From Promethearchaeota archaeon (GTDB taxonomy: Archaea > Asgardarchaeota > Lokiarchaeia > Sigyniarchaeales > SOKP01): DNA of 36,327 bases. Of the stretch, positions 27,415 to 36,327 are shown piece after piece. The DNA lies in the NCBI GenBank assembly GCA_019058015.1, contig JAHLWH010000149.1, forward strand, positions 1 through 36,327, in the 5' to 3' direction. A program made the position numbers and the translations under genes. Each line of letters begins with the position of its first letter. Position 1 is the first letter of the stretch. A model generated the notes under the pieces. That model searched no databases. It saw nothing but the letters and a program-made list of their open reading frames with translations, and was not told the DNA's origin.

Positions 27415-28326
27415 AGAGTTGAGGTCCGACCTAGAGCGTCTCAATACGAGCAATTTTTTGGTATGGTTGGATACGCAGTAATTACAGCTTTTTCAATGGT
27501 AATTTTAACAGGAGTGTTTGATAAAATAAAAACAAACCCAGAAAATATTCCGCCAGAATTTTTATATAGTGTGATAATATTTGGGATAATTCCAGTTGTT
27601 TTATATTATTTAGCTAGCATTTTAATGGCTACAGAACCACATTTTAAGATAGAATCAAATATAATTCAGAATTTAAAGACAATTCTAAAAAATAAGAATT
27701 TTTTATTAGTAGCCATTATGCAGGGTATCTCTAGTATAGCTACTATAACAATAACTGGTATAATGTTAATATATATCGTGGAAGTTTTACAATTCAATGA
27801 TATGGATTATATTATTGCAGCAGGTATTATGATTTTTGGGATGTTAGGTTTCTTATATATATGGAGAAGAATGATACAAAAATTAGGAAAAAAACAAAGT
27901 CTTTTATATATTTTTCTTTTAGGATTTCTTATTCTCCCATTAACTTTAATAGGATTAATTCCGATGGATTCATCCCTTATATTTGGAATACTTTTTATCC
28001 TTGGATTAGCAGGGTGTTTGAGCGGCTGGGCTTTATTCCCTGCAATTATGTATGCAGATATTGCTGAAGATGATGAGGTAAAAACAGGGGAATTAAAAGC
28101 AGGCATATATACTGGTTTTCCTAGTATAACTTTAAATCTTTTTCAAGCATTGGGTTTGTTTATTATGGGGATTATATTAGAATTACCTGATATTGTCGTA
28201 GGACCTTTAACCTTTTCATTAGGTTTAATTTTATGGGGACCATTATGTTCGTTAATATTTGTTATTACATATTGGTACATTAGAAAATTTATACAACTTG
28301 ATTTTGTGTGGGAAAAAAACCAATAA
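27412..28326 (+). pseudogene. 5'-truncated GPH-family MFS transporter, paralog of 28440-29786
   Basis: Similarity to the neighbour starts at FRVEVRPRASQYEQFFGM (vs FRVEDRPKASQYQQFFGM). About 145 N-terminal codons (TM1-4) are absent. The ORF from ATG 27463 is 287 aa. Confidence 0.85.
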
Positions 28327-28439
28327 AAATAAAGTTAAAATTTTTTTAGTTGCTATTTAAATAAAACTTTATAAATCTTGAGGAAGAATTTTATTTACAA
28401 TTTACTTAAAAAATTTATTAATAAATATGTGAAATAATT

Positions 28440-29786
28440 ATGAGTAAAGAAGAGTCTATTCAAAGAAGTAAAGGTACATCGAGTAGATACATGACGTTTG
28501 GTGCACCAAAATTAGGAACATCTGTTCTCATGGGATTTGCTGATTTTGCTTTATTTACTCTTTATGCTTTAGCATACCAAGTAGATCCATCTCTCGTTGC
28601 TATTGGTCTGGGTTTAGGAAAACTTACTATCGCTGCATCGCAATTCTTTTTTGGCTGGATCAGTGATGCAAAATATACAAAGTGGGGGAGAAGAAAACCA
28701 TATTTAATGATTCTGAGTCCAATACTTGGAATATCTTTCCTATTTTTATTATTACCCACTTTAATAATAGATTTTACTAATAAGGTTGGATTATTTCTCT
28801 GGTTGTTGATATGGTATCAAATATTCAATATTTGTTACGGTGTTACTACACCATATGGATCTTGGATGGCTGAACAATTTAGAGTTGAGGATCGACCCAA
28901 AGCGTCTCAATACCAGCAATTTTTTGGCATGATCGGAACTGCAATAATGACTGTTTTTTCAATGGTTGTTTTAGCTGATTTTGAAGAAACAATAGAAGCG
29001 GCCCCTGATATTATTCCACTAGGATTTTTATTGGGTGTAATAATATTTACGATTATTCCAATAGTATTATTTTATTTAATTGTCTTTATAATGCCTACAG
29101 AACCGCATTTTAAGATCGAATCAAATATGATTCAGAATTTAAAGACAATTATTAAGAATAAGAATTACATATTAGTAACCATTATGCAGGGTATCGCGAG
29201 TATAGCATGGATAATGATTGGTTCGTTGACTTTAGCATTCATAACAGAGGTTTTAAATTTTGATACTATGACCAATCTTATTGCTTCGGTCATTTTCATT
29301 ATGGGAATTTTAATTTTCTTATATATATGGAGAAAATTGATACAAAAAATTGGAAAGAAACAAATTCTTTTATATATTTTCCTGGGTACAATAGTTTTCC
29401 TTCCATTTACATTATTGTCTTTAATTCCTATGGATTCAAATGTTATATATGGAATCATTTTCATCCTCGGATTAGCAGCGTGTATGGGTGGGTGGTTCTT
29501 ATTCCCTGCCATTATGTATGCAGATATTGCTGAAGATGACGAAAAAGAAACAGGTGAATTAAAAGCAGGAATTTATACAGGTTTTCCAAGTATAATTTTA
29601 AATCTTTTTCAAGCATTAGGACTTTTTATTATGTCAACTATTGTAGGATTGCCTAGTGTAGGCGGCTTAACTTATTCTATAGGTTATATCTTGTGGGGTC
29701 CAATTTGTGCGGTAATTCTATTTATTTCTTATTTATACTCCAGAAAATTTATAAAACTTGATTTTGATTGGGAAAAAACTCGGTAA
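28440..29786 (+). CDS. MFS transporter, GPH/MelB-like family
   Basis: GWISDAKYTKWGRRKPY and ADIAEDDE..TGELKAG.Y.G; about 12 TM. Confidence 0.92.
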   Translation: MSKEESIQRSKGTSSRYMTFGAPKLGTSVLMGFADFALFTLYALAYQVDPSLVAIGLGLGKLTIAASQFFFGWISDAKYTKWGRRKPYLMILSPILGISFLFLLLPTLIIDFTNKVGLFLWLLIWYQIFNICYGVTTPYGSWMAEQFRVEDRPKASQYQQFFGMIGTAIMTVFSMVVLADFEETIEAAPDIIPLGFLLGVIIFTIIPIVLFYLIVFIMPTEPHFKIESNMIQNLKTIIKNKNYILVTIMQGIASIAWIMIGSLTLAFITEVLNFDTMTNLIASVIFIMGILIFLYIWRKLIQKIGKKQILLYIFLGTIVFLPFTLLSLIPMDSNVIYGIIFILGLAACMGGWFLFPAIMYADIAEDDEKETGELKAGIYTGFPSIILNLFQALGLFIMSTIVGLPSVGGLTYSIGYILWGPICAVILFISYLYSRKFIKLDFDWEKTR

Positions 29787-29794
29787 AAAGAAAA

Positions 29795-29816
29795 TTTTAT
29801 TTTATTTTTTTTTTTT
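29795..29816 (+). terminator. Oligo-T terminator candidate
   Basis: TTTTATTTTA followed by T12, directly after the MFS stop and between convergent genes. Confidence 0.55.
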
Positions 29817-29891
29817 AAAATTAAGATCTTAATGAAAAGATAATATTTAAGCAGAAAAATTAAAAAGATTTAACTAGAAATATCTTTTTGT

Positions 29892-30668
29892 TTATCTCGT
29901 AGTCCAGCCACCATCTAGACGTAAATCAGCTCCCGTCATATAAGATGAATCATTAGTTGCTAAATAAAGAATTCCAGTAGCTATTTCTTCAGGTCTTGCC
30001 CAACGACCCATTACTCCTTCTTCTTCAAATTCTTTTTTGACCATGTTATAATCAACCCCTCTGTCTCTTGCTTGTTTAGCCACATCACCCTGTAGCATTG
30101 GAGTATCGGTGGCTCCTGGACTCACACTATTTACACGAACTCCATAGGGAGCCAAATCTAACGCTAAAGCTCTTGTGAATCCTAAAATACCAGCTTTAGT
30201 GGAGCAATAATTTGCATGATTGACTTGTCCAATGTGAGCGGCAACTGAAGCTAAGGTTATAATTGAACCAAATTTTTGATTTTTAAAATATGGAACAGCA
30301 TATTTACATGTATAATAGGTACCCTTAAGATTAACATCAATCAATAAATCATAATCCTTATCTGGAAAATCTTCAATGGGACCTACTCTTACAACACCAG
30401 CATTGCATATCAATATATCTATTTTTCCATATTTTTTTATGGTAGTATCAATCATATCTTTAACTTCAGCAGGTTTAGTTACATCCACTTTCATAAATAT
30501 TGTATTTTCTTGGCCATCTTTTATCATTTCATATGTTTCTTTTAAACCTACTTCATTAATATCTGAAATAATCTGAATCGCTCCCTCTTTAGCAAATAAA
30601 ATTGCCGTAGACCTCCCAATGCCAGAGGCTGCACCAGTTAATACTACTACTTTATCCTTTAATCTCAT
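29892..30668 (-). CDS. Classical SDR oxidoreductase (probably NAD-dependent), copy A
   Basis: TGAASGIG, Asp after beta-2 (SDIN), NAG, S, YCSTK, VSPG.TDT.M and DGG. Confidence 0.93.
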   Translation of the reverse strand: MRLKDKVVVLTGAASGIGRSTAILFAKEGAIQIISDINEVGLKETYEMIKDGQENTIFMKVDVTKPAEVKDMIDTTIKKYGKIDILICNAGVVRVGPIEDFPDKDYDLLIDVNLKGTYYTCKYAVPYFKNQKFGSIITLASVAAHIGQVNHANYCSTKAGILGFTRALALDLAPYGVRVNSVSPGATDTPMLQGDVAKQARDRGVDYNMVKKEFEEEGVMGRWARPEEIATGILYLATNDSSYMTGADLRLDGGWTTR

Positions 30669-30950
30669 TTGATTTACCTTTAAAAATTTTAAGACAATTT
30701 AGTTATAAAGTATCTTTTTGAAATATATTTTACTCTTTAGATTATAAATAATACTAGATAACAAAGAGCATTAAAAAGGAAAAAATAAGATTTTAATATT
30801 TGTTTAAAATGTAATAAAACGATCGAAGAAAGTTAAGAATCCAGCCTTTATGGCAGTGAATGGATATATTCTATTTGATTACGATTATTTTGTGAACTAT
30901 TTTTCATTACAAGTAAATAAATATATAAAAATTAAAACATATTCAAATGT

Positions 30951-31727
30951 TTATCTAATTTTCCAACCTCCATCTATGCGTAAATCTACACCATTAATAT
31001 AAGATGATTCATCAGTTGCTAAAAAGAGAATACCAGTAGCTATTTCTTCAGGTCTCGCCCATCGACCCATCACTCTCTCTTCTTCAAATTCTCTCTTAAC
31101 CACGTTGTAATCAACACCTCTATCTTTTGCTTGTTTAGATACATCATTTTGCAACATAGGTGTATCAGTAGCTCCAGGACTAACACTATTTACCCGAATT
31201 CCATAAGGTGCTAAATCTAATGATAAAGCTCGTGTAAACCCTAATACTCCTGATTTCGTAGAACAATAATTTGCATGATAAATTTTCCCCATATGAGCTG
31301 CTACAGAGGATAAGGTTATGATTACACCATATCTTTGTTTTTTGAAATATGGTACAGTATATTTGCAAGTATAATAAGTTCCTTTAAGATTAACATCGAT
31401 CAATAGATCATAATCCTCATCTGGAAAATCTTCAATAGGACCCACTTTCACGACTCCAGCATTACATATTAAAATATCTATCCTTCCATATTTTTCAATA
31501 GTAATATCAATCATATCTTTAATTTCAGCGGGTTTAGTAACATCTACTTTCATAATTATCGTATTTTCTTTTCCTTTAGTTATCAATTTATAAGTTTCTT
31601 TCAAACCTTCTTTATTAATATCAGAAATAATTTGAATTGCTCCTTCTTTTGCAAATAAAATTGCTGTTGCCCTCCCAATACCGGATGCTGCACCCGTTAA
31701 TATTACAATTTTATCCTTCAATCTCAT
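30951..31727 (-). CDS. Classical SDR oxidoreductase, copy B (tandem paralog)
   Basis: Same length and motifs as copy A, with about 46 differences in 258 aa by manual count (~82% identity). Confidence 0.93.
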   Translation of the reverse strand: MRLKDKIVILTGAASGIGRATAILFAKEGAIQIISDINKEGLKETYKLITKGKENTIIMKVDVTKPAEIKDMIDITIEKYGRIDILICNAGVVKVGPIEDFPDEDYDLLIDVNLKGTYYTCKYTVPYFKKQRYGVIITLSSVAAHMGKIYHANYCSTKSGVLGFTRALSLDLAPYGIRVNSVSPGATDTPMLQNDVSKQAKDRGVDYNVVKREFEEERVMGRWARPEEIATGILFLATDESSYINGVDLRIDGGWKIR

Positions 31728-31863
31728 TTTTCTTAACTTTAATGGTTTTTGAACATTTTAAATATAAAGAATTTCTCTGAAATATAGTTTATTATTTAGA
31801 TTAAAAAAAAAGATACTAGACATCTATAAAAAATATTGGGAAAAAAAATTAAAATAAAAGCAA

Positions 31864-33414
31864 TTATTGAAGTGTATATGCTGCAATTTTTTGAAGTTCC
31901 TCATTCTTAAGAAATTCTGATGTAGGTAATTTTTGTATTAAGTTTCCATCATCAAGAATTATAACTGTTTTTGAATATTGGGCGATAACGCGGGGATCAT
32001 GAGTTATAATAATGATTGTGTGTTTTTGTTCATGAAGATCTTGAAGAATTTTCATAAATTCTTGAATCATACGATAATCCTGACCAGTAGTAGGCTCATC
32101 TACTATTAAAATCTCAGGTTTTAGAACTAAAACCGAAGCTAATGCTAATCTTTGGCGAATTCCCTTACTAAGATAAAATGTTGATTCATATATTTCTTCA
32201 AATTTTCTTAAATCTAATAGATCGATAATTTCATTGTATCGATTTTTAATTTCATCATCGGGAAATTTAAGATTTTTTAAACCAAATTCAATTTCTTCTC
32301 TAATAGTATTTTTAAATAATTGATGGTCAGGGTTTTGATAACAAAAACCAATAATTTGAGCCATTTGAGTGATAGAATATTGTAATACAGGATTATCATT
32401 AATAAAGATTTCTCCTTGTTGAGGTCTGAGAAGTCCATTAAAATGTTTTATTAGAGTTGTTTTTCCAGAACCATTTTTTCCTATAATAGCAATAAATTCC
32501 CCATTAAAAATTTTTAGACTTATGTCTTTTAGAGCTTGAGTATTATTAGGATAAGCAAAACTTAGATCAGATATTTCAATTATTGGATCCTGTTCTGCCG
32601 TTACATATTTACCCGTACTTATTTGTTCTGAAAATTTTAGATTCTGAGAAATTCCATTTTGGGATAAATGTATTGGAATATAAATTCCCAATTTGTTTAA
32701 AAGTTCCTCATGTTTTAAAAACTCAGAAGTTTCTCCGTTAAATTTAATTTCTCCATTATCGAGAAGTATTACCCTATTACAAAATTGAACGATTTTTTCA
32801 GTTCTATGACTTACCAATATGATTGTCAAATCAAACTCTTTTCTTATTTTCTCAAGTATTTCAACAATTTCATATTTTCCTATAGGATCGAGATCAGATG
32901 TAGGTTCATCTAAGATAAGTATTTCTGGTCTCATTGCCATAATTGAAGCAATAGCAACACGTTGTTTTTGACCCCCAGAGAGTTCTTCAGGTGCTTTTTG
33001 TTCAAAACCTTCTAATCCAACAAGTTTTAATGCCCATTCAATTCGATTCTTAATTTCTGCACGATCAAGACCTAAAGTTTCAAGACCAAGAGCAATTTCA
33101 TCTTCTACTGTTATCATTATAAATTGAGTTTCAGGATCTTGAAATACTAAACCAATACGCTGTCCCAATTCTGTCATTTTCGCTGTTCGAGTATTCTTAC
33201 CAAGAACTTCAACATTTCCTTTAATCCATCCACGTGTTTTTAAAGGAATTAGTCCATTAATACAACAACAGAGAGTGGATTTACCTGCACCCGTTGGACC
33301 CATAATTCCAATAAATTCATTTTGGTAAATTTTTAGATTAATAGAGTTAAGAACTAAATCTTTAGAAGCTTTATATTTCCAAGAAAAATCCTTGAATTCG
33401 ATAATAGGTTTCAT
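31864..33414 (-). CDS. ECF transporter ATPase with two fused ABC domains (A-A')
   Basis: GPTGAGKS / VFQDP.TQ / LSGGQKQR / LDEPT, then GKNGSGKT / YQNPDHQ / LSKG..QR / VDEPT. Confidence 0.93.
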   Translation of the reverse strand: MKPIIEFKDFSWKYKASKDLVLNSINLKIYQNEFIGIMGPTGAGKSTLCCCINGLIPLKTRGWIKGNVEVLGKNTRTAKMTELGQRIGLVFQDPETQFIMITVEDEIALGLETLGLDRAEIKNRIEWALKLVGLEGFEQKAPEELSGGQKQRVAIASIMAMRPEILILDEPTSDLDPIGKYEIVEILEKIRKEFDLTIILVSHRTEKIVQFCNRVILLDNGEIKFNGETSEFLKHEELLNKLGIYIPIHLSQNGISQNLKFSEQISTGKYVTAEQDPIIEISDLSFAYPNNTQALKDISLKIFNGEFIAIIGKNGSGKTTLIKHFNGLLRPQQGEIFINDNPVLQYSITQMAQIIGFCYQNPDHQLFKNTIREEIEFGLKNLKFPDDEIKNRYNEIIDLLDLRKFEEIYESTFYLSKGIRQRLALASVLVLKPEILIVDEPTTGQDYRMIQEFMKILQDLHEQKHTIIIITHDPRVIAQYSKTVIILDDGNLIQKLPTSEFLKNEELQKIAAYTLQ

Positions 33415-33420
33415 TTTTAA

Positions 33421-34311
33421 TTACGTAAATATTCTTAAAAATAACAGAACAAAACTTCCATTAGTATAGCGTAAATAAATCGAAAATATTAATAACATAA
33501 ATAATCCAATGAAAATCATATAATCTTTTTTCTTAAAAGGAAAATAATGGTAAATTGTTCTATTCTTCGAACGCAATGGAATTCCTCTTGCTTCAATAGA
33601 GGCAGACATATCTTCTGTTTTTTTAAACATTAAAACAATTAATACAATAAAAATTGATATAAAATTCCGAATTTTTTGAGGAATAGAGACATGTTCAAAT
33701 TCGACTCCACGTGTCATCATAGCTTCCTTAACAGTGGAATATTCCTGTTGAAACATTGAAAGACCACGAAAAGTCAAATTTACTATCAAACAAATGGTAA
33801 AAGGAATTTTGATTGAACGCAACCCATGAATTAAATCTCTATCTGAGATTCCAATAAAAAAGAATAACATCAAAAAAAACATGATAATAGAGCGTAAAGT
33901 TATACTAAAAGCAATAAAAACAGTTTGATCAGTAATTAAAATATGCCAAATCAATTTATCCTCTGCCAAAACAATATATTTTTCAAAAAAAATGATTTCG
34001 CCCTCTTCTACGCTGAAAAGACACCATGAAATAAATATAGTAATATTAGCTAATAAAAAAAATATAATTAATTTTCTAAACCCTTTAGAAAATAGGGGGA
34101 TTTTAGCTAGAATTATTAAAATTATATCAAATACAAGCAGTACTAATAAATCAAACATATTTGGAAGTATTAAGGCAATAATACTTAAAAGGAAAACCAT
34201 CAAAATCTTAGATATTGGATGTAATTTTCTCATAATGGAATTTGAGGGAATATAAGAAAAAAAAGTTTTTGATAAGGTGGAAATATTTCTCACCTCATTT
34301 ATGAAAACCAA
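33421..34311 (-). CDS. ecfT: ECF transporter transmembrane T component
   Basis: LHP.SK N-terminal motif and coupling-helix motifs AMMTRG and IEARG. The start codon is uncertain. Confidence 0.9.
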   Translation of the reverse strand: MVFINEVRNISTLSKTFFSYIPSNSIMRKLHPISKILMVFLLSIIALILPNMFDLLVLLVFDIILIILAKIPLFSKGFRKLIIFFLLANITIFISWCLFSVEEGEIIFFEKYIVLAEDKLIWHILITDQTVFIAFSITLRSIIMFFLMLFFFIGISDRDLIHGLRSIKIPFTICLIVNLTFRGLSMFQQEYSTVKEAMMTRGVEFEHVSIPQKIRNFISIFIVLIVLMFKKTEDMSASIEARGIPLRSKNRTIYHYFPFKKKDYMIFIGLFMLLIFSIYLRYTNGSFVLLFLRIFT

Positions 34312-35075
34312 TTCTCAACGAATACTGATGTTTTTTTTATTTTTCCCGTTAATGATATCATCATTGGAGTTGCAATTGCTGAAAGAACAATCAAATCGCC
34401 AGCAAACCATCCAATAAACCCAACCCAAAAACTCTCAGCTGGTGCAAATCCTGCTATAATCGGAATTGATACTCCAATTATCGCAGAACCAATAGCTGCA
34501 CCAAAAATTCCAAATATTATATATAATAACCAGGAAAGGGATGGATTCAAAATATACATGCTAATCATGAGAACGACTGAAATTATTACAGTAACTATCC
34601 AAATTATTTGCCAAATTTCTATTTCTAACAATGGTGTAGCAATAGCAGCTATTATTAGATTTACAACCAAAACCCCAAGTAACATATATAATTCTTTTGG
34701 TCGCTTTAATTCTGCTCCTAAATCTACATTAGCTTTAAAAGCTCTAAATGCTACAAGAGGTATAAGTCCCTCAACAAAATCTGCAGTAGCCCAAACAAAG
34801 CTCCATATACCAAAAGGAGTACTAACAAAACCAAGAATCACACACGAGAAATAACCAGCAGCACATCCCCAGATCCCTAACCATAGGCTTAATGGAACAT
34901 AAATTGCTGCTGCTAAATACAATCCAGAAACTCCAGGAAACGCTCCTACTGGTGCTAAAATCACTGCCCAAATCGCTAAAATTGTACTAACTCCTGTAGC
35001 TAAAGCAGTAACAACTAAATGACGCCAGGTGACTCCAACTCTTACTTCTTCCATTTCAGAAGTAGATTCACCCAT
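34299..35075 (-). CDS. Polytopic membrane protein, probable substrate-binding (S) component of the ECF system
   Basis: About 7-8 TM; first gene of the S-T-AA' run; AGGTGA SD at 35083-35088; Y....P..LW.G.WG pattern. The role is inferred from position. Confidence 0.65.
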   Translation of the reverse strand: MGESTSEMEEVRVGVTWRHLVVTALATGVSTILAIWAVILAPVGAFPGVSGLYLAAAIYVPLSLWLGIWGCAAGYFSCVILGFVSTPFGIWSFVWATADFVEGLIPLVAFRAFKANVDLGAELKRPKELYMLLGVLVVNLIIAAIATPLLEIEIWQIIWIVTVIISVVLMISMYILNPSLSWLLYIIFGIFGAAIGSAIIGVSIPIIAGFAPAESFWVGFIGWFAGDLIVLSAIATPMMISLTGKIKKTSVFVENWFS

Positions 35076-35243
35076 TTTTTATTCACCTTTTTAATTTCAA
35101 TTTTTAAAATATTTTAATTAATTTTAATTAGATTTATTTCCGTGTTATAAATGGATAAAATTTTATTTAAACTTTAATGTATTAATAGATTATTCTATAT
35201 TTCTATTTCTTGCATATTAAGAGAAAAAGGTTTGTTAAAAAGA

Positions 35244-35408
35244 TTATTTTACATAGATATTTTTATCGAGACTCGAAAGTCTTTCACATTTCGTTTTTGT
35301 TATTCGATAACAATCTTCAATTCCTACTAGACCAAATTTCTTAAAAGTTTGCCAAACTTCAATATCTAAAACCATATTTTCTTCAAAAGGAATATCAGGA
35401 GTTATCAT
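35244..35408 (-). pseudogene. Short ORF (54 aa), probable N-terminal fragment of the gene whose C-terminal part lies at 27195-27413
   Basis: Not in the ORF track. MITPDIPFEENMVLDIEVWQTFKKFGLVGIEDCYRITKTKCERLSSLDKNIYVK*. It starts 18 bp after the stop of the upstream nuclease and contains the 12-bp repeat in the same codon phase (KCE). Confidence 0.45.
35281..35292 (+). repeat. 12-bp direct repeat CTTTCACATTTC, copy 2
   Basis: Exact match to 27403-27414. Confidence 0.6.
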
Positions 35409-35426
35409 AATATCAAGTAAATGAAA

Positions 35427-36326
35427 CTATATATAATCATTCCAACAACAATCAATGCTCTTTGAATTTAACAACTTATTGACTTTTTTCAGCATCAATT
35501 CTGGGTTGAACTCCCACATTATATCCTTATTGAAAATAGCACATTTTAATTTTTCCAAGTTACACATTTTTTTCAACACTATTCCGTAAATACACACTTG
35601 GGGTAAGGCATGAAAAAATTTCTCAGGTTTATAATCTATTACATAAGGCGTTCCATCATTATCAATTCGAATCAAATCAATATGACCCGTTATCATATTA
35701 CTATTATTTCTCAACCAAATGGGTATTTCGATCCCAACCGAGTTTTTATCATTATTAATTATATGATGTAGAACAGCCTTATGACTACCTCCTCCATGTC
35801 CTAGAATATCAATATTATTAAAATTTTTAGGGTTAGATAGACTACATAATAAATAATTTAAATTATAGAACTTAATAAATCCCTTATTTATTAATTCTTG
35901 TTCAAAATCTACTCTTTCATTAAAAGAAATTTTAGTTATCTGAAACTCAGAAATTCGAGACATGTTAATCAATCCGTTAGTCGTATTTAAGACCTCATTT
36001 TTTACTTCTTTAGGAAAGTCTTTCGTTTTTTTAATTAACTCTAAATGTTGTTTTAGCCCTTTTGGAATCTGTATATTCTTAAATCTAACCTCTGGTGGGG
36101 CACCGTAGTGACAGATATATTCACGGCATTCTGGACACCAATAACCTATTTTTACATGATCAGGCCTCATCTTAAAAATATGACCGTGTTTACATTCAAA
36201 TTCAAGAGGGGTTTTACTGTTTTCATATTCTTCAGAAATACATTTTCCGTCCTTTTCTCTTGCTATTTCTTGAAATACTTCAAGCCCTAACTTTCTCTCA
36301 TTTATAAAACATTCCAGACACCAATG
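35427..36326 (-). CDS. Zinc-ribbon-repeat protein fused to a C-terminal PD-(D/E)XK (RecB-like) nuclease; 5' end beyond the window
   Basis: The frame is open to the window edge: HWCLEC...EIAREKDGKCISEEYENSKTPLEFECKHGHIFKMRPDHVKIGYWCPEC (end of one repeat plus one full repeat). Nuclease motifs follow: H...E.PIW...GHIDL..., IDYKP and QV..Y. Confidence 0.85.
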   Translation of the reverse strand, partial: HWCLECFINERKLGLEVFQEIAREKDGKCISEEYENSKTPLEFECKHGHIFKMRPDHVKIGYWCPECREYICHYGAPPEVRFKNIQIPKGLKQHLELIKKTKDFPKEVKNEVLNTTNGLINMSRISEFQITKISFNERVDFEQELINKGFIKFYNLNYLLCSLSNPKNFNNIDILGHGGGSHKAVLHHIINNDKNSVGIEIPIWLRNNSNMITGHIDLIRIDNDGTPYVIDYKPEKFFHALPQVCIYGIVLKKMCNLEKLKCAIFNKDIMWEFNPELMLKKVNKLLNSKSIDCCWNDYI

Positions 36327-36327
36327 A

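Noticed and set aside
35266-35282. Small palindromes TCGAG-A-CTCGA and AGACT-CGAA-AGTCT beside the 12-bp repeat
   Set aside because: The stems are only 5 bp and there is no counterpart at the other repeat copy, so they cannot be told from chance.
35427-36170. Cas4 or CRISPR association of the PD-(D/E)XK nuclease
   Set aside because: There is no C-terminal Cas4 three-Cys cluster, no other cas gene and no repeat-spacer array in the window.
386-36290. Many short antisense or overlapping ORFs in the track (e.g. 386-625, 1095-1373, 1610-1924, 2147-2380, 6431-6805, 9634-9996, 27157-27348, 27807-28106, 29165-29512, 34558-34854, 36108-36290)
   Set aside because: They are shadows of well-supported genes or fragments on the other strand or frame and carry no motifs. 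The similarity of 27861-28067 to 29327-29533 only reflects the MFS duplication.

Overview
This is an AT-rich archaeal window. Gene content, oligo-T terminators and GGTGA ribosome-binding sites suggest an Asgard (Lokiarchaeia-like) genome, but that taxonomy is inferred. From left to right: (1) a partial acyl-CoA dehydrogenase, then a GC-richer patch holding a frameshifted IS630 transposase, an ICMT-family methyltransferase and a decayed acyl-CoA ligase; (2) small membrane proteins and MFS transporters, several of them broken; (3) a near-complete isoprenoid cluster at 10313-22468. That cluster encodes a cis-prenyltransferase, an HMG-CoA synthase fused to a DUF35-like domain, a haloarchaeal/Chloroflexi-type phosphomevalonate decarboxylase, a class II HMG-CoA reductase, a UbiD decarboxylase, two AcnX dehydratase subunits, mevalonate kinase, isopentenyl-phosphate kinase, IDI-2 and a trans-prenyltransferase. 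It appears to carry two normally alternative routes from mevalonate-5-phosphate to isopentenyl phosphate in one co-oriented run; this is the top finding. (4) A DUF362 Fe-S protein and a putative catabolic module (BKACE, fucose-isomerase-like protein, 2 MFS, 2 SDR, ECF transporter). Two same-strand fragments of an unannotated nuclease-like gene flank 7.9 kb of this module and join in frame through a 12-bp direct repeat. (5) A zinc-ribbon-repeat PD-(D/E)XK nuclease that runs off the right edge. No rRNA, tRNA or CRISPR array was seen. All family calls come from motif recognition by eye; no searches were run.
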